Assembly (NCBI RefSeq): GCF_016433145.1
Contig: NC_058131.1
Location: 625,905,569 to 625,969,568, forward strand
Direction of reading: 5' to 3'
DNA from: Gracilinanus agilis
Lineage: Eukaryota
Length of the DNA stretch: 64,000 nucleotides
Part shown: piece by piece, positions 50,872 to 63,748 of the stretch
Layout: every line of letters begins with the position of its first letter
Numbering within the stretch: the first letter of the stretch is position 1
Notes under the pieces: model-generated
The model's input: the letters and a program-made list of their open reading frames with translations, nothing else
Databases searched by the model: none
What the model was told of the DNA's origin: nothing
Made by a program: the position numbers and the translations under genes

Positions 50872-50931
<60 letters not shown>
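50871..50931. repeat. (ATCT)n microsatellite, about 15 units, inside the tail of a minus-strand SINE (about 50772-51095)
   Basis: Directly visible. Confidence 0.95.
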
Positions 50932-53777
50932 CTGTGATTTGATTCCAAGGCAGAAGAGTGATAAGAGCTAGGCAGTGGGGATTAAGTGGTTTGTCCAGCA
51001 TCACACATCAAGGAAGTTTCTGAGAAGGTCTCATTTGAACCAGGACCTCTTATCTCTAGACCTGGCTCTTATCCCTTAAGCCATCCAACTGTCCCCACTC
51101 CTCTTTTAAAATATAAATATTCTTTAGTAAAGGTAAGCTTTCCATGCCCTTTAATGTGAACTATTTTAATCAAATAGCTATTCTTTGACCTAATGACTTA
51201 GGAGGAGAAACTTTAAAGCATAAAGCAACAGTACTGATATGAATTGCAACTACAGTGGGGAGATTTGGACAGTTAGAAGGAAAATGACAAGACTGCCTGG
51301 CAGTCCAACACCTCCCAAGATTCTCTCCATCCACCCTGCATGTACATAGTTCTTTATGTATCATTTCCTCCCTTTAGAATGTGAGCTCCTGGAGGGTAGG
51401 GATGACGTTTTTACTCCAGTGCTTAGCACAATGACCTACGCATTGCAAAGCATCTAATAAATGCTGGCTGACTAATACTGATTGAGAGATTCCTAAACCA
51501 ATGAAATCAGAAATCAATTCTGTTTTTTCTTCTCCTTTCCTCTTCTCCTCCCAGTGGAGCAGGATAATTCCTTTATTCTATCTGTTTCTTTTCAATTTCA
51601 ATACAGAGATGATGCTATTAATAATAATGATACTACTTATTGATTTCAGAGGCTTGTTGAAGCTAACAATGAGTTAATATTATTGAGGAAAGAGTGAAAA
51701 AGTAGAAACATTTGCCTCAATACTTCACAGATCTATAATTTCATCTGTGTGGGAATTCCTTCCAAAGATGCCGATTGCAACAACTTTCACATCATTCCCT
51801 GGTGATTAACCTTCTGGTGATGAGATTCTCCAAGCTTAGCAAGGGTTGTCCTTGGTCAGCAGGTCTGTGATGCATCACTAGCAGGTAATGAAAGCCTTTC
51901 CAGCTTGATGGGACCTGACAGAGCTTGTGTATCCTTAGCAGAGCCTTTGAGAGCCTAGGGCAGCCCAGGGAACGTCCTAGAAGGGCTTTAGTGTACGATG
52001 CTCTACAAATGCCACTTCGGGTAATAAGTTACTCTTGTTGTTATTAGTAACAAATAACTTTGCTCCTTTAACAAATAATGTCCTCTTATCTTGGGCATGT
52101 TTCCACACTCAGAAAGTTCTATTCAGCAGTATTTATTTCATTATCAGGGACTTATGCATTTGGCTAAGATTAACCACCTGTGTACTCAGTTCCATCCAAC
52201 ACTGCTGCATGGAGCCCAAGTGCTCTTGACCCTTGACATGAGGGCTTCTTTATGATAAACCTAGTTAAATAAACTGATATTTACAAATAAATTGATAAAC
52301 TCAATTAGGCAAAATCAGGAGGCCAAATCAATTAGTCTGGATTATTGAAAGGTGAGGATCATAGATCTATAGCTTGGAGGAACCTCAGAGACCATGGAAG
52401 TATAACACCCTAATTTTATAATCAAGGAAACTGAAGTGCAGGATAGTTAAATTACTTGCCAAATTGAATAAATTTGTCATTCTAGTATACCTTAAATCTA
52501 CTACATACTACGTAAAATGTTTGGATAGATCCTGCTTAAAGGACTTTGTCTATCAGTGGAAAACTATGCAATGAATCTGGTAAGAGGAGATAACATTCAA
52601 TGTGAGAGAACTGCTTATTTGTGTAAGCCAATACTTGGCTAGAAATTTTCACTGTATAATGAAGGTTGTAGTGGGGACAGGGGTAGTTTTCTCTGAGCAC
52701 TTAGTGGTTGGGTTGGGGTAGGGAGAACTGGGAGTTTTTGAGAACTGAAAAAGGAAAAAGTGATTTTGTTTGAGCCCAAGGAGTATATTACATGTCCTTC
52801 CATTTGACTAGACAGCTACTGAAGCATGATAAAGAAAGGCAATGAAATGTCTATGTGGGGAAATGGGAAGGGGGTGTCATTGCCAGGAATCAGGAGACCT
52901 AGATTTTACCTCAGCTCTTAGCTACCTGTATGATCCTGTGCAAACCCTTAACCTTCTTGCCTCTCAGTGTTTTCTTTTGAAAAATAAGAGTCTTTGTAGC
53001 TTTAACATTCTATGATTCTGTGGCATTTAGGAGAACATTTAGCTAAACAAAATCCTGTTTCTGATTGTACTAGGCCTGGCAAAAGACACAAAAATGGCTG
53101 AGGAACTCTCCAGTACCATAAAGTAAAATAAAGTGTAGTCAAGTCCTTAATAAATAAATGCCACTGTAAAATCCCCCCATTCATAGCTGCTTGCCAAAGA
53201 TGTTAGAAGTTAATTTTAAAGTAATAAAATTAAAGACCACATAATATGAAATAATTATTGACCTTTAAGAAAAAAATCTTTTCATTTTCAGACCCACCTC
53301 CCAAAAAAAAAGGTTTGGAAATACATACGATGTTAAACAATTGAAGATGACAGAGTATGGGGAATAATTTTCTACCCTCTCACTAACTAGAGTTTAAATT
53401 TTGATAAGGTTTAAGGGGGAAATGGCATCTTTTCTCTGAAATAAAATCTTGTCAGACTGATCTAATTCTCTAGAAGGGCAGATGGGCACCTTTGGGAGAC
53501 TGAGGAGGTAGGTAGGTATGTGACTGGCTGTCTTGAAAAACACAGCTATTAATAAACTGGGAAAAGGCAATCTAGAGACTAAGCCACCATAGCTATTAGA
53601 TAGGATTTTTTTTAATGGACAAACCATGTTGTTAAAATATGATTATTAGTACATAAATATCAGCTAAGAAAGCATGGTGTTGGCTGGAGGGATGTGTGAT
53701 ATTCAGTATTGGTTTGATCACTTCACCGGTCATCTAGACGATAAAACTGGGAACATAAGTATTTTTTAAAATACATT

Positions 53778-53960
53778 TTAAAAAAACCCTTACCTTGTGA
53801 TTTAGAATCCATACTAAATATTGGTTCCATGGCAGAAGAGTAGTTGGAGGTTAAGTGATTTGCCCAGGGTCACACAGCTAGAATCTAAAGCCACATTTGA
53901 ATCCAAGACCTCCTCTCTCTAGGTCTGGCTCTTTATTTACTGAACCACTGAGTTGTCCCT
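53778..53960 (-). mobile_element. Marsupial CORE-SINE
   Basis: aaacccttaccttg tail and ttaagtgatttgcccagggtcacacagcta CORE. Confidence 0.8.
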
Positions 53961-54626
53961 GAGAACATATGTATTAAATGGCCATATTATATATTAGTTT
54001 ATTGAAAACAAAATGAAAGGTAGTCTCCAGGGTTCTAAGAAGGGCAGAAGCAGAGTACAGTGGAATCATGGATCTGCTGACAGGGGACTTGGTTCATATC
54101 CCAGGTTGGCAACTGCATCTCATTTATATTTCTGGGCCTGAGTTTCTTAATCCATAAAATGAAAGACAAGTTCATCTCTAAGGTGTCTCCTTGGTCTTGT
54201 AAGGATGGAAGTCTAAATCCTTCATTATGAAGCTCAAAGTCTTCTGTAAGACCCACTCAAATGCTGCCTTTCTTGATAGTGTGCCCTGCCCCTTTAATCC
54301 AGCATAATAAATAAATGAAAAAAGCATTTATTTAGTAAATATTTATTGCTAGGCACTGTGCAAAATACTGATGCAAAAACAAACCAGTAAGAGTCGATGA
54401 GAGTTCTCCTTTTTTCCATGTCCTTATGAACTTTCTTAGTATCTCCTTTATGAATTTACTTCAAATTTATTTCTGGTTTGTAGTTATTTGTAGTCATCAT
54501 ATATTTCCCCCAGGATTGTGGGGAATCTTGCCTTAAGGGCAGGAACTATACTGTTTTCATCTTTTGCCCCACAGTGCCCAGGTTACATATTAACACTATC
54601 AGACTGGGCTCAAAAAGCCATTAATA

Positions 54627-54814
54627 GGGGGCAGCTGGGTAGCTCAGTGGATTGAGAGCCAGGCCTAGAGACGGGAGGTCCTGGGTTCAAATCTGGTCTC
54701 AGACACTTCCCAGCTGTGTGACCCTGGGCAAGTCACTTGACCCCCATTGCCTACCCTTACCACTCTTCCACCTATAAGTCAATACACAGAAGTTAAGGGT
54801 TTAAAATTTAAAAA
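54627..54814 (+). mobile_element. Full-length young SINE (SINE1_Mdo-like) with perfect 15-bp TSD
   Basis: TSD aaaaagccattaata at 54612-54626 and 54815-54829; intact A box, B box, CORE and A tail; CpG retained. Confidence 0.95.
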
Positions 54815-55039
54815 AAAAAGCCATTAATAATAGTTCCATGATAACCTTAAAGGAGGTCTTCAGTGGAGTGCATTGGGAATTTGTGCTTGGCTTTGAGCTC
54901 TTTAGCTTTCATTCAACAATTATATATTAGTTGCCTTCTAAGTGCCAAGTACTGTTTTAAGTACTTTTGTATTAGTGCCTTCCCTCTGAGATTACCTCCA
55001 ATTTACCCTATATATGTGTGCCCAGTTGTACAAAACAGT

Positions 55040-55660
55040 AATAATTTTAAAGGCATGGATGCCATACTTAACAAATTTGATGATGATATACAACTAAGTG
55101 GATACAGATTTAAGATTTTAAAAAACAACGTCAACAGGCTGGAACATTACAATGAATATATAAGAAGATGAAATTCTTTAGGGACAAATTTAAAGTCTTA
55201 TACTTGGGTTCAAGAAGTTGATTCCCCACGTACAAGATGAAGGGAGGCATAGTTATAGAACAATTTACTTAAAAAAAAGATCTGGGGGTTTTCATGGAAG
55301 CTCAATGAATCAAAAGGGCAATCCCTATCCCCTAAAAAAAGCTAATGTGATCTTAGGCTGTGTTAGGTAAGGTATAATTTGTAGGAATAAAGGAACAATA
55401 GTCCTATAGTCCCTGATCCTAGTCAAACAAGTTCTGGACTAGTCCCTTCATTTCCCCATTAGGGAAGATCATGATGAGATGAATGTTTAGCAAACTCTAT
55501 GCCACATAAAATCAATCGAAGGAATGGATATTTAGTCTAGTGAAGAGTTAGATATGATATTGTAGAAGTCTTCAAGGACTTGAAAGACTACTGTCACAAG
55601 ATTTGTGATATCACTGGAATAGGGAATTTCTAGATGAGGAATCTCTTTTCCAATACAGAT
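55040..55660 (+). mobile_element. L3/CR1 LINE RT-region relic
   Basis: aaatttgatgatgatatacaactaagtgg (FADDTKL-like), gggacaaatttaaagtcttatacttgggtt, aaagctaatgtgatcttaggctg. Confidence 0.8.
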
Positions 55661-56229
55661 TGGCACCTTCTTGACAATGCCTAGTTTTAGAAAATTGCCT
55701 TTCCTGATGTCACACAGTCAGTATGAGGCAGAGGCAGGAATTGAATTTGGGTCTTCCTTACTTCATGGCCAACTTTTCATCTACTATGTCATATTATGTA
55801 GAAAATGTGTTATAATCATTCTGTTGGGTCCCAGAAGGGCAGTTCCAAAGGAGAAAATTGGTGCTAGGATGAACTTACAAAGAATTAAAGCTACTCAAAA
55901 GTAGGTAGTGAAGGGAATCTTCATTGCAGCTATTCAAGGAAAGGCTTGTTGGCTTACTTGTGGTCATAGAGTTTCTTTGGGGGCTTGTGTTGGACTTGAG
56001 GGCTGCTGAGGCCCTTTCTCACTCTGAAATTCTGTGATTTTCTGATCAATCAATTTTTCTGATCAAACCACATTTAGAAAAAGGTCCAGAGATAACTTTG
56101 GATAAAGGCAAACTGTGGGTTGGCAATGTAATCCTGTTTACAAAGTGGGCACTAGACTGGGATCCACCAAGACAGTTTAGAATACGGTCACTTTCCTATC
56201 ATAAGATTATTTTGTTTTACACAACTGAT

Positions 56230-56520
56230 GAATTCCCAAAAGGTTATAAGGAAATTCAATGATTTTTTAAAGTCTATTTATATTTTGAATGGACTAGGGT
56301 ACCAGCTAAATAATGTAAAAGTAAAGGGTCTAGAACAGTGTTGCCCAGAGAAGATTGAGGGGGATACAGTGAATTTCAAGCATATGAAATCAGAGGATGA
56401 AAACTACTTCCAAGAATAGAATAAGAGATGAGAAAGTGGTCTTAATTAAGCTCTAGCCTGTGGGATTTAGATTAAATAAAATGAAGAACTTCCTCAGAGG
56501 AAAGTAAAGGGTGGTAATGG
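56230..56520 (+). mobile_element. L3/CR1 3' fragment
   Basis: agattgagggggatacagtgaatttcaagcatatg...ttagattaaataaaatgaagaacttcct. Confidence 0.6.
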
Positions 56521-57410
56521 ATTGAGGTATTTCTTAATCTGAAAGATTATCACCTCCTAGAACGGTTTTAGTCTGGTTCTGTCAAGCAGGCACAGAGATA
56601 GATAAATCCTCCTCTACTAGCCCTGATTCTAATATATAGGCAGTGAGAGTCAAGTGATTTGCCCAGGGTCACATAGCTAGGAAGCATTTGAGTGCAGATT
56701 TGAATTCAGGATCTCAATCCACTGAATCACCTAGTTCCCCCCTCTGATATATTTTTAAGGAAAAAAAGCAAAGGAAAACAAAACAAAAATCCTTGATAAT
56801 TACCATCTTCTTCTCTCTTGAAAAACACCTAGAGTTCAGGATTTTGTGGTTTCCAATGCCTCCAAACCATGTTTCCTTAAACTTCCTTTTCTGCCTCTAG
56901 TCATGGTTACATCAGTAATTTTTCCAGAGTAAACATACTAAACCACAAAAGCCAGTAACTGCAAAGAATAGCTTATTTGAAAACTGTCTGCTCTAAGGCA
57001 CTGACACTTCAACTAATTGGACTTAAGAAATACCTCAACTCACCACCACCCCTTGCTGACATGTAGATAATTATTCTTTATATCTAAAGTATATCTCTGG
57101 AACTAAAGTGCAGGCCAATTACTGTTTTATTCTTTGATCAACCAAGCAAGCATTAAAAAATTTCCTACTATGTGCTGGGAACTGGGGCACAAAAGTGAAG
57201 CAATTCCTGCCCTCACGGAGCTTATGTTCTACTCACCCAAACCTATATCACCACAAGCCAATCTTTTTACTACTTTCCAAAGAAAAGTTAGCTGGGAATG
57301 GAAAGATGATTCCACAAATAATCTTTTCCTTCCCACAGGACTTCAAAAAGGGAAGATTATCAACATGACCCAAGAGGAGCAAGTTCAGGAAAGGATGACT
57401 CAGAACTCAC

Positions 57411-57539
57411 TGCTGGTCTTTGTGTAGAGCCGAAGGAGATCAGTAAGGAAGCTCTTCTTCACCACAGCTGTGCTACTCAGGTTTTCCTTGTCTAAGATCT
57501 TCAAAAAGGCATCCAGTTCTGTAAGCAGCTGTTCTAGAG
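57411..57539 (-). CDS. AFAP1L2: AFAP1L2 exon 2 (129 nt): (A)LEQLLTELDAFLKILDKENLSSTAVVKKSFLTDLLRLYTKTS
   Basis: ttcttttag acceptor, gtgagt donor, phase 1-1; translation matches the XB130 N-terminus. Confidence 0.96.
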
Positions 57540-58735
57540 CTAAAAGAAGAAAAAAATGGAGGAAAAGCCATTATAATAATAGTGTAAAAGAAAGGCAGTG
57601 TGGGATGATAAGCCAACAAGATGTACTGAAAGGAGTAAACTGAGCCAGGACACCAAGTTCTAGTCCTGACACTATCACTCTGTGATTTTGGGGTATCTTT
57701 GTGTCTCAAGTTTCCTGATAATAATAATTTGTCTGAGATAGGATTTGTACTTGGGTCTCTTTGATTCCAAGTCTGGTTCTCTAGCTACAGATATTACCTA
57801 CCTGTAAATTAAGGGGATCCAATTATATAGTCCATTCCCAACTCTTAATATTCTCTGATTATAAGTTTGGGTCCAATTTGGTAATACAAAGGAGAAAAGA
57901 TGGCAAGAGAGTTCCTCAACCTATTCACCTTTGGATCACAACAACCCCAGGGACCCTCTTCTAAGAAGCAAAGATTTTCTAGTTTAGTCCTGACCACTAG
58001 GTGGCATATAATTAATAGGAAAGTCAATGAAAGTAAAGTTCACCTAACAGGTTTTTTGTGAAGTTGTGGCATCAGAACTCAGAAATCCTGAAATGTTAGA
58101 ATTGGAAGCATCCTTAGCAACTGCCTAGGGCAAACCACTGCCCCCAAATAGCAAATGACTGCCCCCAAATACACATTACAGAAAAGGAAATGGGGCTCTG
58201 TAGGAGACATGGTACTTAATGTGATTTCTTTTCTTCCTAATTTATACCACTAAATACTAAAACATGTAATTTCAAGTCCTCCTTCCCCAGAGAGTCTGAC
58301 TGAATCTATCCTGACACCTATTTGGATGAAACATTCTTATCCCCAAAGTAAAACACAACCATTTTTCCATCACCTGGAAGACTTGCTTGTCCACTACTTC
58401 ATTCATTATGTCAGAGACAGACCAAACCAGGCTTCTCTGAATTTAATGAGCAAGAATTAAATTTTACAGCAGCTCCTACTAGATACCAGGGAGAAAATGG
58501 CACTTTTGTGGAAGGATAGTCAATGAAGTCTCGGGAATTTTTGGCTTCTGTGAGCATCTTTTACAAGTAATTTGGGCATTTTTACAAGTAATCACCAAAG
58601 GTAAAACGGTTCTAGTATAGAGATAACACTGTTATATCAGGGTATGATATACCAACATACTGAGGATAAACCATGAGTATACCAGGCATGAGTATGTTAC
58701 TAATTATGTTCATGTCTGAAAAAATATTTTATATG

Positions 58736-58898
58736 TACAGAATGTCCCCAAAATCTTAGCTTAGAACTGCATTAAGACTTTTGGGGATCAAAGAATACTA
58801 ACTTTTCTACTATTCCCATTGCCTTGACCATTTTAGTTGTTATTAAAGTTTAATAGCTGTTGAACTATTAAAGCTTAAAACTGCACTAACACCTCTGT
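58736..58898. mobile_element. Two palindromic fragments of a mariner-type MITE (58736-58790 and 58843-58898)
   Basis: Inverted pairs gtccccaaaatctta / taagacttttgggga and ttaaagtttaatag / ctattaaagcttaa, resembling a recalled short marsupial Tc1/mariner MITE. Confidence 0.6.
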
Positions 58899-60343
58899 TA
58901 TGTCTTGTATATTGTTTAACAAATGTTTAATGTCATGCACTTGTTAAATAATCTGATCCTCTCAACCTTGGGAGAAAGGCAAATCAAGTATCAGAAAAGT
59001 GAAATTAATGAATAAAATGTTTAATAAGCACTTACTATGGGAAAACCACTCTGCTAAGCAGGGGGATACAGTTAGAAAAGAATGATTATCCCTGCTCTTA
59101 AAGAATTCACATTCTAATGGAGGAGTCAACACATACAGAAGGACTTTACTATAAGCCAGATGGGAAAGTCCCATGTTCCTTTAGGATACAGTTCCAAAGC
59201 AAATAATAGTTCTTCTTTAATGTCATCTCTCCTGATAAAACGACTGATGTAGGACTGCTTGACAGAGCTAAAGACTTTGGGGCAAGGACTTTTTTAGGGA
59301 GTCTTATGGTAGCTGTGACTATAGCCCCTATAAGAGCAGGGGCTACATATCCTAAAGGGCTGCCTGCCAGAGTGATGACTATGGGCACTGGGCTGGCAAT
59401 GCCTTGCCCAAAGTCCTACTGGCTAATAAGTATCAGGAGGTCTTCTGGTTCCAAGGCCAATCAATACTCTTTTTCTACTAGGCTGAGAGTAAGGGAATGT
59501 ATGAGTGCACAGAAATTTGGGCAAAGACTAAAAAAAATCAAACCAAAACAATATAAAGCTTTGATTAAAAAAAATCCTAATTACACTTATAGGATTCTAG
59601 TTTCCAACTATTAGTGGAACTAATGGAAAAAGTATGGAACTGTGGAAAGAGCATTGAATTTGGAATCAGATGACTCGGGTTCAAAACCCATCTCTGTCAC
59701 TAACTACTTTGTGACATTGGACAAGTTATTTAATTTCATTAGGCCTGAAGTTTCTTCATATAAAAAAAAATAGATTAGATTCAGATGGCCTCTAAGATCT
59801 TTTCCAGCTCATAATCTACAATTTCATGATGTTAATTAATACTGAAGAAAAAGATCATGAAGTCACTTGGACTACTTCAATGAAAAAGTTATTTACAATA
59901 GCCCATAGCTACATGGCAATAGTGGGTAGAGAGTCAGTTTTGGAGTAATAAAGATCTGGATTTGAATTCTACCTCTGACAGATACTGGCTGTGTGATCTT
60001 GAGTAAATCATTTAACTTCTCAATGTCCTAGGCAAATCTCTCAAACTCTTTTTGACAGATGAGTTGCTTATCGATAATTAGCAGGCAGAGTTTCCACATA
60101 AGAAGTTTCCCTCCTCCTACCCCCTTCCCTCATGAAATCATAAATCGAAAACAAAAAACAAATCCAAAATTATGCCAATCCCACTCATAGAATGTCATTT
60201 TATTAAAAGAAAGATATGATGGAACTATAGTGGTTTCAGGGAAAGGCAATTAAATGAACAAGGCAGTGTAGATAGCAAAAAATAACATTATTAAGTATGA
60301 AAAGATGATAAATAAAAGCCCAGCAGTTCCTTCTACAGCTTTT

Positions 60344-60575
60344 GGGCAGCTAGGTGATGAAGTGGACAAAGCACTGACCCTAGAATCAGATAGATCTGAG
60401 TTCAAATCTGTCCTTTGATCCTTATTAGCTATATCCCTGAACAAGTCATTTAACCTTGTTTGCCTCCATTTCCTCATCTTTAATATGAATTGGAAAAGGA
60501 AATGGCAAATCATTCTTGTGTCTTTTTTAAAAAAATGGAGTCAGAAAGAACACAACTGAACAGCAACAGCAAACA
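60344..60575 (+). mobile_element. MAR1-like SINE
   Basis: gggcagctaggtg head, CORE, ggaaaaggaaatggcaaatcattc...acaactgaacagcaac tail. Confidence 0.8.
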
Positions 60576-60822
60576 GTCTAAATCAATTTTAAAAATCATG
60601 AAATATGTGTGCATGGGGACTTTAAAATAATTTTTTGGACATGAAATCAAGAGAACATTTTTTTGAAGCTGGAATAAAGGGGATGGAACACCATCTTTTG
60701 GGAGGGAACATGGAATACATGGAAAAGAATAAAAGGAGAAAAAGTAAGTGGTGCCAGATTAACAAAGGCCTTAATTACTAAGCAGTTGAGTATGAACTTT
60801 GCTTGGCAGATAAGAGGAAGTG

Positions 60823-60873
60823 ATGTGCCCCAAGACCCAATGTGCCCCAAGACCCAATGTGCCCCAAGACCCA
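60823..60873. repeat. Perfect 17-bp tandem repeat x3 (atgtgccccaagaccca)
   Basis: Directly visible. Confidence 0.97.
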
Positions 60874-63717
60874 GCTCAGGTGTTACAATTGCCATACAGT
60901 CAGTTTTCCCTCATTGCCTCTCTTTTGTCCTTCTTAGGTGAAAGTGACCTCCTTTCTCTCTTCCATTTTCTTTAGAATACTAGATATTCTACACTTCTTG
61001 ACCCTTATCACATCCTATCCCCTGTACATGTCATAGCCTCTCCTCCCCACTTATTTTTTGCAAGCTCAGTGAGGGGGAGAGCCATGTAATTTTTCATCTT
61101 GATAACCCCATTGCCTAACACAAGATTTCTCTGGTAGAGTGAATGCTTAATAACAGTTTGCTGAATTGCAGTCTATTATAGTAAGGAATACACTGTATTT
61201 CATTTTAAATAATTACTCCCCAGGTCCCTTTCACAAGGATAGGAAAATGAGAGATAAATTGTCAGCTATTGCCCAGGTATACCAAGGAAAGGTAAAGCAT
61301 AAGTGTATGATTCTTTTGGCAAGATGTATAAAGCAGGCTCCATTTAGAATCACGAAGAAATCAATAAGACTTTTTAATCTGTTTTTTGCCAAGAAATGAA
61401 TGGAAGTAAAAATGCCAAGTCATCCCAGTTACCAACACCAAAGCCAAACACTTCCCAGAGTTTGGAATGGGGTGAGCTTTAGGAGGTCCAGAATTCAAAT
61501 GTGAACCTTCTACTGATGAGGTCATTATCAGTAAACAATTCTAAAGTTAATTTGTGAAGAAGACTTGTGCAGAACTACTCTCCACTGCCCTTCCCCTAAC
61601 TCCTTGCTCCAAGATAAGACATTTCATTCTCTTCCAAACTCATCAAACCTCAGAGTTGAGTAAGACCTTAAAGATCATTTAATCTGGTACTTTTCAACTT
61701 TTCTCAGGCCCTATATATACTTACTGGTCTTCAAAAAATTTTCCTATTTTCCATATTTAATATGAAAGGAAATTAAAGTCTAAAGCTCATAAAGCATATA
61801 TATATATATGCAAAATAGATTAAATAATTTCAATAAGATAGCAGCATTACTAGTAAATATTCCCCATTTTCCCTTCATGAGCCTCTCACACTTCCTGGGA
61901 TCAAGAACCTCTTGGGTTCCCAATCATGGACTTTATATAATACAATAATACTCTTATAGGAAACTGAGGTTCCATTGGCTTGGTCATTCAGGCTCTTTCT
62001 TTGATTATATGTTCTGTATTTCTTAATTTGCTATAGTAAATGACTCTCTGGCTCTGAATTTGCAACTTCTTTGGTAAAAGAAAACAGCTTAGGATAGAAT
62101 ATGATAATTCAATGCCTCTTTCCTATCCATGTCTCTCATCCATCTCTACCTGTTTTTCTTGCTCCCTTTGCCTATAGCTTAGTCCTGCTAGTGACATACA
62201 TAAATAACTTTTCTGTCCTCTATTGGTGAATTTCTACACATATTTATTGAGTACCTACAGAGAGACTGCTAAACCCTGTTGTCAAGAAGGAAAAAGACCT
62301 TTAAATGTCCTTTTAACTACCACATCTCAATGGCCAGCCTGGATCTGTATCCAGTAAGCGCTAATGTACAGTATTCTTGGTGAAGAAACTCCTCATATCC
62401 GCAGATGTGAAGTTTTGCCACTCATAGGACTAGAGCATTGCTTGAGAAGGCTTTGAGGTTAAGTGCCTTGCCCAGGAACACAGAACCAGCGTGTGTCAGA
62501 GGTGAGAACTGAACTAAGGTCTCTCTGGCTCCAAGGCTGGTTCTTTCTATCCACTATACTCAGATGGTTCTCAGGCAGTGTTTTACAGCTACAAAACCAG
62601 AGCATTAGGGTTCCTTTCAAGACTGTCTCCTCATGCATTTCATTAAAGAGAGAAACCATCATCCTTTCTTGACCCAAAAGGAATGCCTACATGGCCTGTT
62701 TCTATTCAGATGTCTCTTTGATCTTAGTGGGATAGTTTGCTTCTGAACTTGATACCTGCAAAAATAAACTCTCCCTGAAATGAATATCTTCATTCATTCC
62801 AGTTGGGTGGGAGGGTTGCGGGGAGGGAACTCAGGGACGTGGGAACAGAGGAGGGGAAGAGGAATTTGTATGTTTCAATAAGAAAGCAGTGATAAAGGGA
62901 GAAAATGTGAACAACAACAAATTTGGATTCAGGATGCTTATGAGAAGAACCTAAGTGGTCTTCAGTAGGAATATGAAAGGAAAAATGACACCCTGGAAAG
63001 GCTGAATAAAATACAGAGAAATATCAGCTGTTTGCTGGTTCTCTCTCTCAAACATAAAGGACTAAATTCTATCTCTGAGCTGTGCTATCAGACTTCAGAG
63101 AATGTACTTCTGTCAGTTCAAACTAAGGAAAGAATCTCCTTCAAAGAGGTCCAAAGTGAACTGTGAAAATAAAGTTTGTTCCCAAAATGGGCGGCAGGAT
63201 TAATGATGACCCTCATTATCTCAAGAGCAGAACAGATATTATGGGGGCCAAATGCAAAGCAAAGGGAAAAAAAAACCTCGGTAACCGGGGACAGAGAAAG
63301 GAATGCTGTGCCAGTAACTGTCTCATCTCTGTTCTTCAGTGTCAGGGGAGCACTGCCATTAGTGCCATTTAAAAATTATTTCAAAGTATCTAGCATCTAT
63401 TAATATTTTTTCAAGCTCCATAACTGATCAAGCCATAACTGCTAGAGAGCATCAAGTCAACATCATCCCAAGAAGTAAAATGGTCTTGTTCAGACAAAAT
63501 CAGAGACTAAACCTGAACCCAAATTTCAAAGGCATTTTTATATCAATCTTAGTGAATTTTAAACTGCTTTTGTTTTGTGATGCTGCTCAGAAAGTGTCAT
63601 GTTATGTAATAGGCACTTACTTAGCACCTGGCACATTGTAAACACTTAATAAATGCTTACTGAATATGCATGTATATACACATATATATGACCAAGGCAC
63701 TTAATAAATGTTTACTG

Positions 63718-63748
63718 AATATATATATATATATATATATTATATATA
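63718..63748. repeat. (TA)n microsatellite within a duplicated L2 tail
   Basis: Directly visible; cacttaataaatg(c/t)ttactgaatat occurs twice, 53 bp apart. Confidence 0.85.

Noticed and set aside
54863-55171. 102-aa ORF with an FDDD RT-like motif
   Set aside because: Decayed L3/CR1 reverse-transcriptase remnant, not an intact gene
59149-59614. Opposing ORFs in intron 1 considered as exon 1 or an alternative first exon
   Set aside because: No MERYK-like start, CpG island or suitable donor; exon 1 is most likely outside the window
60823-60873. Short direct repeats considered as CRISPR-like
   Set aside because: Simple head-to-tail repeats with no spacers in a vertebrate intron; no cas genes
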